Shown here one piece after another: positions 52,482 through 64,000 of a DNA stretch of 64,000 bases. Location: NCBI RefSeq assembly GCF_001194135.2, contig NC_068984.1:104837658-104901657 (forward strand), written 5' to 3'. The notes under the pieces are model-generated. The model did no database searches. It worked only from the letters and a program-made list of their open reading frames with translations, and was not told where the DNA came from. Position 1 is the stretch's first letter. Each line of letters opens with the position of its first letter. Source of the DNA: Octopus bimaculoides (lineage: Eukaryota). Both the position numbers and the translations under genes were made by a program.

Positions 52482-52989
52482 TAATTATTCTTCATTTACA
52501 TTATATAAACATATTTTGCATTCCTCCATTGAACCCACCTACATTTCCTCTTTCTTTCTTTTTTTTTTTAATGTAGTATTATATATCTGAAGCACCATTC
52601 CCTTTTCATTGTAAATTAATTTATCATGTATATTTTGATTAAACGATCATTAGGTAATCTTAAAACATTTTATGTACATTTATAACAATTTTCAATGTAT
52701 TCAAATGAAGTTTGATTTCCTTGTGACTTATTGAGGTTAAAAGTTAAATATTCTTGGAAGATACTTTGTTACCATTCTTTGAGCTGTTACCATTAATTAG
52801 TTTATAGTTTACATAGTCAACCTTTCCTGATTATTTCAAGTTTTCCCTGAAAGTAAGTTTCAATCAAATTCCACAAAGCAACCAAGAAAATTACTTACTA
52901 AAGGTCATTGTTCTGGATAAGCAGCAATACAGAGAGAAATCACATTCTTTATTATTGTGTGTGTGTGTGTGTGTGTGTATACATACATA

Positions 52990-55186
52990 TATGTATACAA
53001 ATGCATGTCATCATGTTGAGATTCCAGTTGCAGATCGACCTTACATGACTTTCGAAGCACAAGGAAAATTGTATCAAAGCAAACGTATTGCTTTCAGACC
53101 TACAAATACAGTGCCCTGTTTCCAGAGAGTGATTGATAATATAATCGAAAGCCATAATCGTAGAGCTACTTTTGCATATATCGACAACATAACTGTGTGG
53201 TAAATCAAAGGAAGAACATAATCAAAATTTAAAACATTTTCTTCAAGTTGCTAAAGACTGTTAGTCTATTTGCGTATTATTCCAAATGGATTCTAAAATT
53301 CTCTGACAAAAAAAAACTGTTGGTTGATGCAAAATATTTTCCTTTGAGTGAACAAGCCTGGTCAAGTTTAAAAACATTACGAGATGATTTAGCAAATGCT
53401 ACCTTAAAAATGACTGATGAAAGCCTTCCTTTCTCAATAGAAACAGGCACATCGGAGGTAGCTATATCTGGCATTTTACACCAAAATGGAAAGCCAGTTG
53501 CATTTTTTCAAGAACCCTCAAATCAAATGAGCGTTGTTATTCTTGTATTGAAAAAGAGGCAACAGTGATTGTGGAATCAGTGAGAAAATGGTCTCATTTT
53601 CTTCTTGGATATAACTTCACACTAATAACTGATCAAAACAGTGTTGCTTTTATGTTTAATTTTCAAAAGTGCAGTAAACCTAGAAACGAAAAGATAATGC
53701 GTTGGCAAATCAAACTAGCCCAGTATAAATTTGATATCATTTACCGCCAAGGCAAGTTCAATGTTGCATCTGATGCTTTATCGCATGCCTATTGTGCAGC
53801 TATGACTGATAATGAACTGTACCGTGTTCATGCAGCACTGTGTCATCCTGGGATCACATGATTGTTTCATTATATTAAAGTTAAGAATTTACCATACTCT
53901 GTAGATGATGTAAAGTGTATAACTAACAATTGTGTAATACGTTGTGAGGTGAAGCCTCATTTTACAAAAACCTCTGTTTCGTCAGTAATCAAATCTACTC
54001 AAGCTTTTGAAAGATTGAGTGTTGATTTTAAAGAACTCCTACTTTCAGTGTCAAAGAACCATTATTTTTTAACTGTTGAAGATGAGTATTCACGTTTTTT
54101 GTTTATTTTTCCATGCACTGATACTAGTGCTCACTTCATTATTAGTAATTTGAAGGTTTTGTTTAATCTCTTCGGATTTCATGCTGTTATTCATAGTGAT
54201 AATGCTAAATGTTTTGTATCTAAATAACATACACAATTTCTGTATGATAGGGGTATAGCGATTACTCATTCTACTGTGTACAATTCTCGTGGAAATGCTC
54301 AATGTGAAAGGTATAATGGAGTAAAATGGAATTCCATTAAATTGGCCTTACAAAGCAGAAATTTACCAGTTTCTCAATGAGAAGTTGTGCTTCCAGAAGT
54401 TTTACATTTGCAACGTTCATTATTATGCACAGCATCTAATGAGACCCCGCATGGGAGATTCTTTAAATTTCCTAGACGTTCTATGTGTGGTGTTTCTGTT
54501 CCTACTTGGTTAATGCAAGGACCTGACAAAGTGTTTGTTAAACGACATGTACGCAATAAGTATGATCCGTTAGTAGATGAAGCCCAATTGGTACAAATTA
54601 ACCCTAACCACGAGAGGGTACAGTACCCAGATGGACGTGAAAGTACTGTGTCCATTAGAGATTTAGCTCCTATTGGCAAAACGACTGAGGAGTATCAGTC
54701 AAGTAAGGATCAAACTGATGTTGCCAACACTGATCCTACTCAAGTGCATGAACACCTGGTGGTTTTTCAGATACCATGATTAATTCTGTCCTACCTACCT
54801 CAGTTCAAGAACCAGAACCTCAAACTACTTTGCACTGGCATTCATTCAGAACAAAAACAGTTCCTGATAGGTTAAATTTATGATTGATGATGTGTTATGC
54901 TTATGAAATGCCTCATTATTACGTTGTTGTGATTGGTTCATGGTTATGTTTGTATTTTGTATTTTGTTGGTTAATTGTTCTTTTTCTTTAAGAAGGAAAA
55001 ATGTTGTGATTTTAGTTTTGATCACGTGACTTTGATTGTCTCGATTTCTGTTATTTGCCTACAGTGCAACTGTGCAGAGTTTTGTTCTGTTTACGGCACA
55101 ATGTGTTCAGTGTTAGTCAAGACTGTAGCAACTCGCTGCATAAAACTATTATTGCGTTGAAGTTTAGTTTTGCTTACAATTTAACA
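52990..55186 (+). mobile_element. 5'-truncated Ty3/Gypsy LTR retrotransposon (RT, RNase H, integrase), frameshifted
   Basis: TFAYIDNITV; PFSIETGTSEVAISGILHQNGKPVAFF; FTLITDQ...DIIYRQGKFNVASDALS; HAALCHPG; SVDF..HSDN..GNAQCERYN. Domain order RT-RH-INT is the Gypsy order. Confidence 0.9.
55002..55186 (+). repeat. Putative 3' LTR of the Gypsy element
   Basis: Polypurine tract aagaaggaaaaa (54990-55001) immediately followed by TGTT...; ends ...AACA at 55186. No 5' LTR is present to confirm it. Confidence 0.55.
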
Positions 55187-55869
55187 ATCTTTGTTTGTAC
55201 TGTAGATTACTGTGTTTTTAGTTGATTAAAACCTTTTAAACTTAGATATTCCAGTTTGGGTTTATAACACAGTAATCAAGGAAAACTAACTTAAACAAAC
55301 TAAAGAGAAAGAAAAAAAATATTTAAGTATGAACACACACAAATAAAGCAAAAAATCATAGAGAAAGAGACATTTTATAGATGTAACTTTCTCTATAATT
55401 CTCCCAACTAAGAAGATAATGCAATACTATAGAGCAAATTGTACATTAAGAGGTGCAACCAAATTGAATGTAATTTTTTTTTAGCAATGATGATCCAGTT
55501 CTAAGCTACATTTTGAGATAAAATAATTGAAATTTGGTTCATTAAAAAGAAAGTTAGGTCAAAAATGGGAGAGAGAGACAAAAATTTGACTTGAATCAAA
55601 ACACTTCAGTTATTTTGAATGCAAAGTATAAATTAATTGGGTTTAAAAGAATGTGCTCATTAAGAAGTATCTTTTGATGAAAACCTTGTTAAAAAGTATA
55701 AGCTATGAAAAAAAATAGGGTGGCTTTAAGTGACAAAAAAAAAAAAAATGGTAAGTAACCCACAAAATTGATTTCTCAGCTATAGTAAAAGTAAACTATA
55801 CAATAGTTGTATTCAAATGAAAGAGCCTAATGAGATGAATCTTATGGTGAAATTTCACAACTATCCAGC

Positions 55870-56130
55870 GTTGCACCTTATAAATAATGATCATGCAATT
55901 TGCCTTTCACTCTGAGAGAGAAACACTTTGTTGCCAGCAGAGGTAATAATTTTTTGAATATTTTATGCCCCATTTTTATTCAGGAAACTATGCTTCTGGA
56001 ACACTCACCTTCACTATTAATTAGGTTATCTAGGTATCAAAAGCTATCATCTACTTTTAGGAAGTTTTCCAAGCATTTGGAAATTAATCTCATCTGTTCT
56101 TGGCTTTCACTTAGGTTAGGGATCTCATTA
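55870..56130 (-). mobile_element. Decayed RTE RT fragment
   Basis: Reverse complement of the VDSFRYL...LLATK..SLRVKG region. Confidence 0.7.
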
Positions 56131-56199
56131 CAGGCTCATAAGACCTACTACTGGTACTGCCTAAACCAGTGGTACCTGTTTCATGGTTGAGTGGTTGAT

Positions 56200-56400
56200 G
56201 ACTAAACCAGCTCGCACACTTGAGTAACTTGCTACACTTGTGAGGAGGGTGTTTGAACATCTGACAAGACTAAAGACAAGATGTATTGAAGGGCAGATGA
56301 ACTTGTGGTCCAACGGCCCACATGTGGGGAAGGCAATGGCAAACCACTCCAATATCTCTGCCAAAAAAACTCTATGAGAAAGTCAGGACAAAGTTCTGCT
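56200..56400 (+). mobile_element. RTE/BovB-like 5' UTR relic
   Basis: ggggaaggcaatggcaaaccactccaatatctctgcc (56325-56362) resembles the Bov-A/BovB motif GGAGAAGGCAATGGCAACCCACTCCAGTATTCTTGCC. Confidence 0.55.
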
Positions 56401-56719
56401 GTAGCATCATCTGACAGAACTTGTGCTTCATTGGGAAGACTTTTGTTGTAGTGTCATTAGCATGTGGCAAAAATGTATGATATATAATGAAACGATGATT
56501 CTTAACTGTTAACTATTCTTGTTCCTTTGGTAGTCTGCCTTCCCAGATATCCTGTTTGTCATCTTACTATAGATCTTGTGCATCCATTGTTTACAATGGA
56601 ACAATGTATGGAATACCAGCCAACTTTTTCACTACACATTGAATATAGGCAATTCCTTAATGACAGTAGGATCTTGTCTTGTGCCTGATAACTGAAATAC
56701 TAGTCTTTGCTAAGGTTTA

Positions 56720-57430
56720 CTTCATTCTTTTACTTGTTTCAAACACTAGACTAGAGCCATGATAGGGCACCCATCTTGAAGGGCTGAGGTTGAAGAAATT
56801 GCCTCAGTACTTATTCTTTTTTAAATATAATTTAAATAAATTTTCTTATCTAATTTAAAGAATCTTTTATTCTTTTTAAACCTGTTACTTATTCATTCGG
56901 TGTCTTTTTGCTGAGTTACTAAGATGTAGGGATATAAACAAGTCAAGCAGTTGTCAATCAGTATCAAGACAAACACAAAGACACATACACACATGCATAC
57001 ATATATACATAAACACACACATGCTTACATATACACATAAACACACACACATGCATACATATATACATAAACCCACACACATATATAGACATTAGGAAGG
57101 GCATCCAGCCAGAGAAACCTTGCCTAATCAGATTGGAACCTGGTGCAGCTCCCCAGCTTACCAGTTTTCAGTCAAACCATCCAGCCCATGCCAGCATGGA
57201 AAACAGACATATGAGATGATGTATATATATATATAAAAATAAGCGTGCATGTGTGTGTGTGTGTGTGTGTGTACAATGGGTTTACACACAGGTTTTGTCT
57301 ACCACATTCACACTCAAGGTATTGGTTGACCAAGGGGTATAGAAGAAGACACTTATCCAAGGTGCCATGTAGTTGGACTGAACCCAAAACCACCCAGTTG
57401 AGAAGAAAACTTCTTAACCACCTGTGTCTG
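56720..57430 (-). mobile_element. SINE head B with tail P, with an RTE 3' tail fragment (57090-57220, +) nested in its microsatellite
   Basis: Tail at 56720-56960, head at 57280-57430, opposite-strand RTE terminus between them. Confidence 0.65.
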
Positions 57431-58229
57431 TGCTTTTTGACTGTACAATTTGGAATTTCCTCCCTGTATCTTTGACTTATTCTGTTATAAGAGCTTAATC
57501 ATTGTCATGCAAGAATTCCATTGGGCAACCAGTCTTAAATTCCTCTCTTAAGGCCTAGAGAACTATAATATACCGAAAGGGGCTGAGAAGAAAGCCTTGA
57601 TTTACACCAGCAGAACACATGTAAAACAAAATATGTACTAACTGATAGAGGGATATAAATAATGATAAGCAGATTGGTCCAGTGAGACAAATTACAAAAA
57701 TCATCTTCTAAATATATATATATTTTTAAATACATTGTGGCTGTCATTTCTAATGATGATAGTAACTGATGAGAAGCATAATAAAGAGACAGGATGTCTA
57801 TTGAACATAGTGGAACTGATAGGAAAGACCAATCTGATAAAGCATACTTATTAAATTACCTAGTTTGGTGCCTGATGCTATAAAGATGGAGTCAAGATGG
57901 ATCAGTGCTGAGACATGTGATGGATCAAACAGGGAAGAAAGTGGAAAGATGGAAAGGAGGAGGGGTGGAGAAAGGAAGGAAGGAGAAACTTGATAAGTAA
58001 CCAATGAAAGTCATACTGTGGAACATTGAACAGCAGAGATGGAAGATAGAATGGCCAACAAAGAAGTGAATTAGCAAAAATGACTTTCATAGTTGTTCAT
58101 GTAATATAGAAATGCTGAAGTAAGAGTTAACCATTTCATTTCTACATTGATATCATACAGATGTTTGGTTCTTAAATAAAAGAATGATATTTGTATCGCA
58201 AAAGAAAAAAAATGATTTTGTTTATTGTT

Positions 58230-58283
<54 letters not shown>

Positions 58284-59205
58284 AATAAATACATATACAC
58301 ACTTTGCTATCAATAATCCAAATTAATTAACACAAGAGAATTAAGTGCCAACACAATGTGGCTGGCATGATAAGTTTCATTAATCAAAACTATATCCATA
58401 TTGAGGAGAGGTAAGCAGTGTTGAGCAATGACTAGGAAAATTTTTCTGAAATAGATTGATGCACCAGAGTCCTAATTAATAAAACTTGGAAGCAGGCAAT
58501 ATAGTAAGGGGGAAGAACGGTTTGATCTTTGCTAAATAAAGGGACAACTGAGATGTTTCATTATAATCCGACCTTCTTAGCAAAGCATAAATATTCAAAT
58601 GCCTGTCTGTGCAACAGTGTACATATAATATAACCTGCAGATCAACACTTCCAAGAAAGATATGAACTAGGAGAAAATTCCTGGGGACCCCTATCCTGGG
58701 CTAGAAAGAATGGGAATAGTGGTCATTGCAAGGAAAGATGGAGAGATGAGAGGATCAGGGGTTCCTAAGTGGTGGAAGTATGAAACCAGCCAGCTCTGAA
58801 CCTGAAACCATGTGATTTGGAAGTGAACTTCTTACCATATGGCCATTTCTCTCAAGAATGTATCAAGATTTTCATTTATTGAATGTAGACTCCATAATTT
58901 CCTTCTAAAATATATTACAGATAATTATTGCATGGTGCCTCTCTTTACTTCTCTCACCTGACAAATATTCTCATTAGAATATTTCACACATTTTCTCAGT
59001 ATCCAACTGTCAGTTTGTCTGCCTAGGAAAGAAAATGCTGTTGCTTTCAAGTCTATCAAGGAGTCAGTTGTTTAAGTTTCTGATGTTTAAGTGAAAGTTT
59101 ATCACAAATCAAAGGCTTGGATAACATATGTAATGTTTGATAAAAACAGAATAAGAACAGCATAATTATGGTCTCTGGATCATAAAATAAGGGCTAAAAT
59201 TGATA

Positions 59206-59361
59206 GGCACAGGCATAGCAGTGTGGTTAAGAAATTCACTTTCTGACCATGTGGTTCTGGGTTGAGATCCTCAGTGTGACAACTTGGGTAGATGTCTGCT
59301 TCAGTAACCCAAGCCAACTGAACCCTTTTGGGTGGATTTGGTAAAGAGAAACTGTATGGAA

Positions 59362-59400
<39 letters not shown>

Positions 59401-59660
59401 TTGTGTGTGTGTGTATATGTATTTATTTCCTTGTATGACATTAAATGAAAACTATAAACAAGTATCACTGTCATACAAGCAGTATCATTCATTATCAATC
59501 TTCTGTGAAAACATGCCCAGTCAGGAGAATGTATTAAACTGCTTGTAAATAAGTGAAGGTTGGTGACAGGAAGGGCATCCAGTCATAGAAAATTTGCTTT
59601 AACAAATTCTCTCTGACCTATGCAAACGTGAGAAAGAACATATTAAGATGATGATGATGC
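59206..59660 (+). mobile_element. SINE head B with RTE-like tail Q
   Basis: Collinear with 30622-31075. Confidence 0.7.
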
Positions 59661-60469
59661 TGATTCATGATATATTAGAGCCAATTAAACTGATTACATC
59701 CCTTCTTTCAATGTCTGACCTCATTTGCTAAGAAGCAGCAGTGAAGTTTTGATGAACCAAGTCTGTAATCTAGTTTTCGTTCCCAGTCAGAGCCAATGGA
59801 GAAGATAATTCAAATAGCAATGATCTCAAACCTTCATGCAAGAATTAATTTATGAAGCCATAGCCACTGTGAACTGAATCAGCAGCTTAATATTTATTCC
59901 AACTTCAAACCATTTCATTTATGTCATAAATATCCTTGATAAAGTTATAAATGTTTATAATGTTTCCTATTTATTATGAAATTAACTTCAAAGTAGATGA
60001 CACAAATATAATCTGAAATTTTCATTTGGTAACAATACTCAGTTTTGCTTCTCAAATTTCTGAGTTCAAATCCTACCTAAGTCATATCTTCAGTTTTTAT
60101 CCTTCTTTGATTACCAAAATAAGCTTTATGATAGAGTCATTAAGTTACTCTACCCTTTAAACATTATCCTTCTAATGAAGAGAACTTAGCAAGAAGTCAA
60201 CTTTATTTTCAGTTTACATTATTTGAATGAAGGTAAGTGTATGTTGTCTTTACAGTTTCAGAATGTAAATTGGTGAGCTTCATTGAATAATCCAACATCT
60301 TGATCATTGCTTTTAACCTATCAATGGTCCATAAAATAAAATAATATTTCATTAAATACTAGAAGCAATCCAGTTGACTATGTTTCTCTCAGTGCCAGAC
60401 CTATAGAGCAGTAATTCTCAAATGGTGTGCTGCAACATACTGGTGCACCTAAAGGGATATCTAGGAGCA

Positions 60470-60728
60470 CTCATCATCTTCGTTTTAATGTCCTCTTTTC
60501 CTTGTTTGTATGGATCAGATGGAATTTGTTGAGGCAGATTTGTTACAGACCGATACCTTTCCTATCATCAACTTTCACCTGTTTCCAAGCAAGATCATAT
60601 TACTCCATGTCCAGGCATGTTTTACACAGAAGTTTGGAAACAAAAAATATTATTTCTATAACAATAATGCTTGTTTACAACCATCATGTGATGTACACAC
60701 AAACACACAAAAACATGCATGAATACAT

Positions 60729-60800
<72 letters not shown>
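60470..60800 (-). mobile_element. 3' half of SINE with tail Q
   Basis: Reverse complement of the tail Q domain; ends in (CA)n. Confidence 0.65.
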
Positions 60801-60806
60801 GTATAT

Positions 60807-62809
60807 ATGAAGATAGCGAAAACCCCTGGCCCATCAGGAATCACCGCTGGGATGCTTAAAATATTTGGCAGTGTGGGTTATGGTCTACTCACTCGTATTG
60901 TAAATCAGGTGGTTCATGAAGGAGTCAAAAATAAATGACTGGTGTAGCAACACCATAGTCAACTGCTACAAAGGTAAAGGTGATGCCTTAGAAATAAGTA
61001 CAGAAGTATCAAATTGTTGGATCAGGTGATGAAAGTTACAGAGAGGATCATAACCCAACTAATTAGGGAGAGAGTTAGTCTAGATGAGATGTAATTTGGT
61101 TTTGTGCCAGGGAGAAGCATCACTGATGGTAAGGCAGCTGCAGGAAAAATACATAGCTGAAGATAAACCTCTGTACTTGGCTTTTGTTGACTTGGAGAAA
61201 GCCTTTGACAGGGTCCCCTGCTCCTTTATCTGGTGGTCAATGCAGAAACTAGGGATAGATGAACGGTTGGTGAGAGCTATATAAGCCATGTACAGGGATA
61301 CTACCAGTAAGGTGAGGGTTGGCAATGAGTACACTGAAAAATTCAGGGTAAAAGTAGGAGTTCACCAGGGATCAGTCATCAGCTCCGTCTTGTTCATCAC
61401 AGTCCTCCAGGCAATAACAGAGCAATTCAAGATGGGCTGCTCATGAGAGCTCCTCTATGTTGGTGACCTTGTTCTTATTGCTGAATCACCACCAGAACTA
61501 GAGTAGTTTCAGGTATGGAAGCAAAGTCTAGAATCAAAGGGCCTCAGAGTTAACCTAACAAAAACTAAAGTCTTAGTAAGTAGGAATGCAGACAAATCAC
61601 AAATCCCTTCAGGTAGAGGGTCCTGCTCGATCTGTAGAAAAGGCATAGAAACTCAATAAGACATACTCAGTGTAAGCTATAGACACATAAAAAGTGCAGC
61701 AATATCAGAGGAAGGTTAATGGAAAATAGCTTATGTGTGCAGGAGATGCAGAGCTACAATGAACACTGCAAATGTACAGAAAATAGACTCCGTCAACTGC
61801 CAGTGGGGTAAGCTAGAGGTAGTTGATAGCTTCCGTTATCTAGGTGACCAAGTTAGTGGAGGTGGATGCTCCAAGAGCATAGCTGTGAGAATAAGATTAG
61901 GCTGGGAAAAGTTCAGAGAGCTCCTACCTGTGCTGGCAACAAAGGGCCTCTCCCTCAGAATGAAAGGTAGATTATATGTTACTTGTGTACAAACAGCTAT
62001 GCTACACGGCAGTGAAACATGGGCTGTGACAGCCAAGGACATCCATAGGCTTCAAAGAAATGAAGTCAGTATGCTTTGCTGGATGTGCAATGTCACTGTG
62101 CATGTTCAACTGAGTGTAAGCAACTTGAGAGAAAAGTTGGGTATAAGAGGCATCAGATGTGGTGTGCAAGAGAGACGACTGCACTAGTATGGTCATATGA
62201 GGTGTATGGATGAGGACAGCTGTGTAAAGAAGCACCAATCTCTAACTGTTGAGGGAATCTGTGGTAGAGGTAGACCCAGGATGATATGGGAAAAGGTGGT
62301 GAAGCATGATCTTCAAACTTTGGGCTTCACAAAGGCAATGACTAGTGACCAAGACCTTTGGTAATATGTTTGAGAAGACCCATCAAGCCAAGTGAAATCA
62401 TAGTCGTAGCTGATGCTGGTGTCACGTAACTGGCACCCATGATGGTGGCACATAAAAAGCACCTTTTTAGCATTGGGGCTCATGGAGGCAAAATGGCACA
62501 TGAAAAGCTCCTGTCAAGTGTTGGGCCTCATGGAGGCAATAACTGAAACCTTTGGCATTATGTTTTGCATGAGAAAACCCATCAAGTCAAGTAAAATCAC
62601 AGTCCTGGCAGATACCATACAAGTGGCACATTAAAGCACCCATTACACTCTTGGAGTGGTTGGGTGTTAGGATGACCATCCAGCCTTAGAAACCATGCTG
62701 AATCTGACTGGAGTCTGGTGCAGCCTTCCAGCTTGCCAGCCCTGGTCAAACCACCGAATCCATGCCAGCATGGACAATGAATGCTAAATGATGATGATGA
62801 TGATGATGA
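60807..62809 (+). mobile_element. Longest RTE LINE copy (whole RT region plus 3' UTR), frameshifted
   Basis: KTPGPSGIT..MLK; LYLAFVDLEKAFDRVP; VGVHQGSV; FRYLGDQV; MLHGSETW; (GAT)n tail. Confidence 0.9.
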
Positions 62810-62863
62810 TATATATATATATATATATATAAATATATACACACACACACACATATATATACA

Positions 62864-62930
<67 letters not shown>

Positions 62931-64000
62931 CAGGCTTCTACTAGGTATCACTAAAGAGCACTATACAATGGAGACAAACACAGTTTGAACATACAAAAAG
63001 ACACTTTTTACATCAACATTTTCATGTCAAAGTAAATATTTTCTGAGGAAAATTATTTATCATTTGAAAGTTCTGGATGGGAACGTTCTTCTCATATAGT
63101 TTTAATTAAAATCCAACAATTATATATCATGTCAGGGTCCCTCAAACACCTTGGTATTTCTATGCATTTACAAAGTTTGTCCCGTTTTTTTTTTTTTTTG
63201 TCTGCTGAACAGTAGCCCTCATTCTAATTCAATGCACTTGAGTGCCATAACCTGAGTTGTGTTAAAAATCATACTCTTATAAAGAGGATGGTCTTCACTT
63301 TATTTTGATATAAAAATCGATGGGAATAGTTCAGATAATAGTTACAAAATAGAAAAGTGAAAATTTCATTGTTGATTTTTGCTTAGAAAAGGAAAATATC
63401 TCACAAATTCAATGTAATCATTGATAATTCTGGTCATAATATGGTGATGAAGGGCAAAGCGAGTAAAAATGGTGGCTTATTGACCCTGCTTGCCAAACTG
63501 ACATATTCATGTGTGGTGAGAAGTAAAACTGAATACAAACCCAAGGCTTCAAATCTTGAACAGGCAAGAATTTCAAGAAATGGATAAACTTGTAAACATA
63601 TTTCTACAAAAAATGCACTAAATTGAGTTTAATAAGTCTTCTAGAGCCCAAACTTAGCATGAAACCATTGTATTAAGAATGTTGTTTAATCCCTCTTGCT
63701 GTTTAAGCCACTTGATAAACCAAGTGGATATTTCATTTAATTTTTCTTTGAGAGATATTGGTCAAATTCTTCAGATAAAAATATCATATTGTGCAATGAA
63801 TATAATTTTGTAGACTATTAAAATAAAATGTGATGCTCTTCTTCCGATTTTGAAAATAGTTGGTATAATTTGTGTTAGTGCTTGCATATTCATTTTGGAT
63901 TTCTTTTCTCTCTCTCCTACTAACGAGTTTGCTGTAAGTTACAGATGTTGTTAATGTCTTTAATTTATGTTTTTAATGCTTAAAGCAAGGAATTAGTTTT

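Noticed and set aside
58957-59023. ~65-nt segment with good splice sites on the minus strand
   Set aside because: No homology. It could be a UTR exon but cannot be supported.
63100-63600. Possible mariner 5' region; a similar hint at 60-480 on the minus strand
   Set aside because: No catalytic motif or TIR identifiable.

Overview
AT-rich animal DNA dense in microsatellites, with nine N-gaps. The repeat families and overall style suggest a cephalopod (Octopus-like) short-read assembly; this is an inference. Nearly all ORFs in the supplied track are artefacts of microsatellites, gaps or decayed transposons. The only host gene I can support is on the minus strand: two spliceable ankyrin-repeat exons (45050-45180 and 29851-29939) of an ankycorbin/UACA/ANKRD24 (RAI14-like) gene. 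They are separated by a 15.1 kb intron, and their phases join correctly. The rest is intronic or flanking DNA filled with decayed RTE, CR1/L2 and R4/Dong-type LINEs, several modular tRNA-derived SINEs, two mariners, piggyBac-type MITEs, a Helitron with its 3' end, and a Gypsy pol with a 3' LTR. The most unusual region is 48.78-49.85 kb. It holds a head-to-head palindrome of a tRNA-headed SINE, bounded by one 15-bp direct repeat, and each arm carries a Penelope-type minimal hammerhead ribozyme motif. Three more hammerhead-like motifs, from two other families, lie within about 1 kb.
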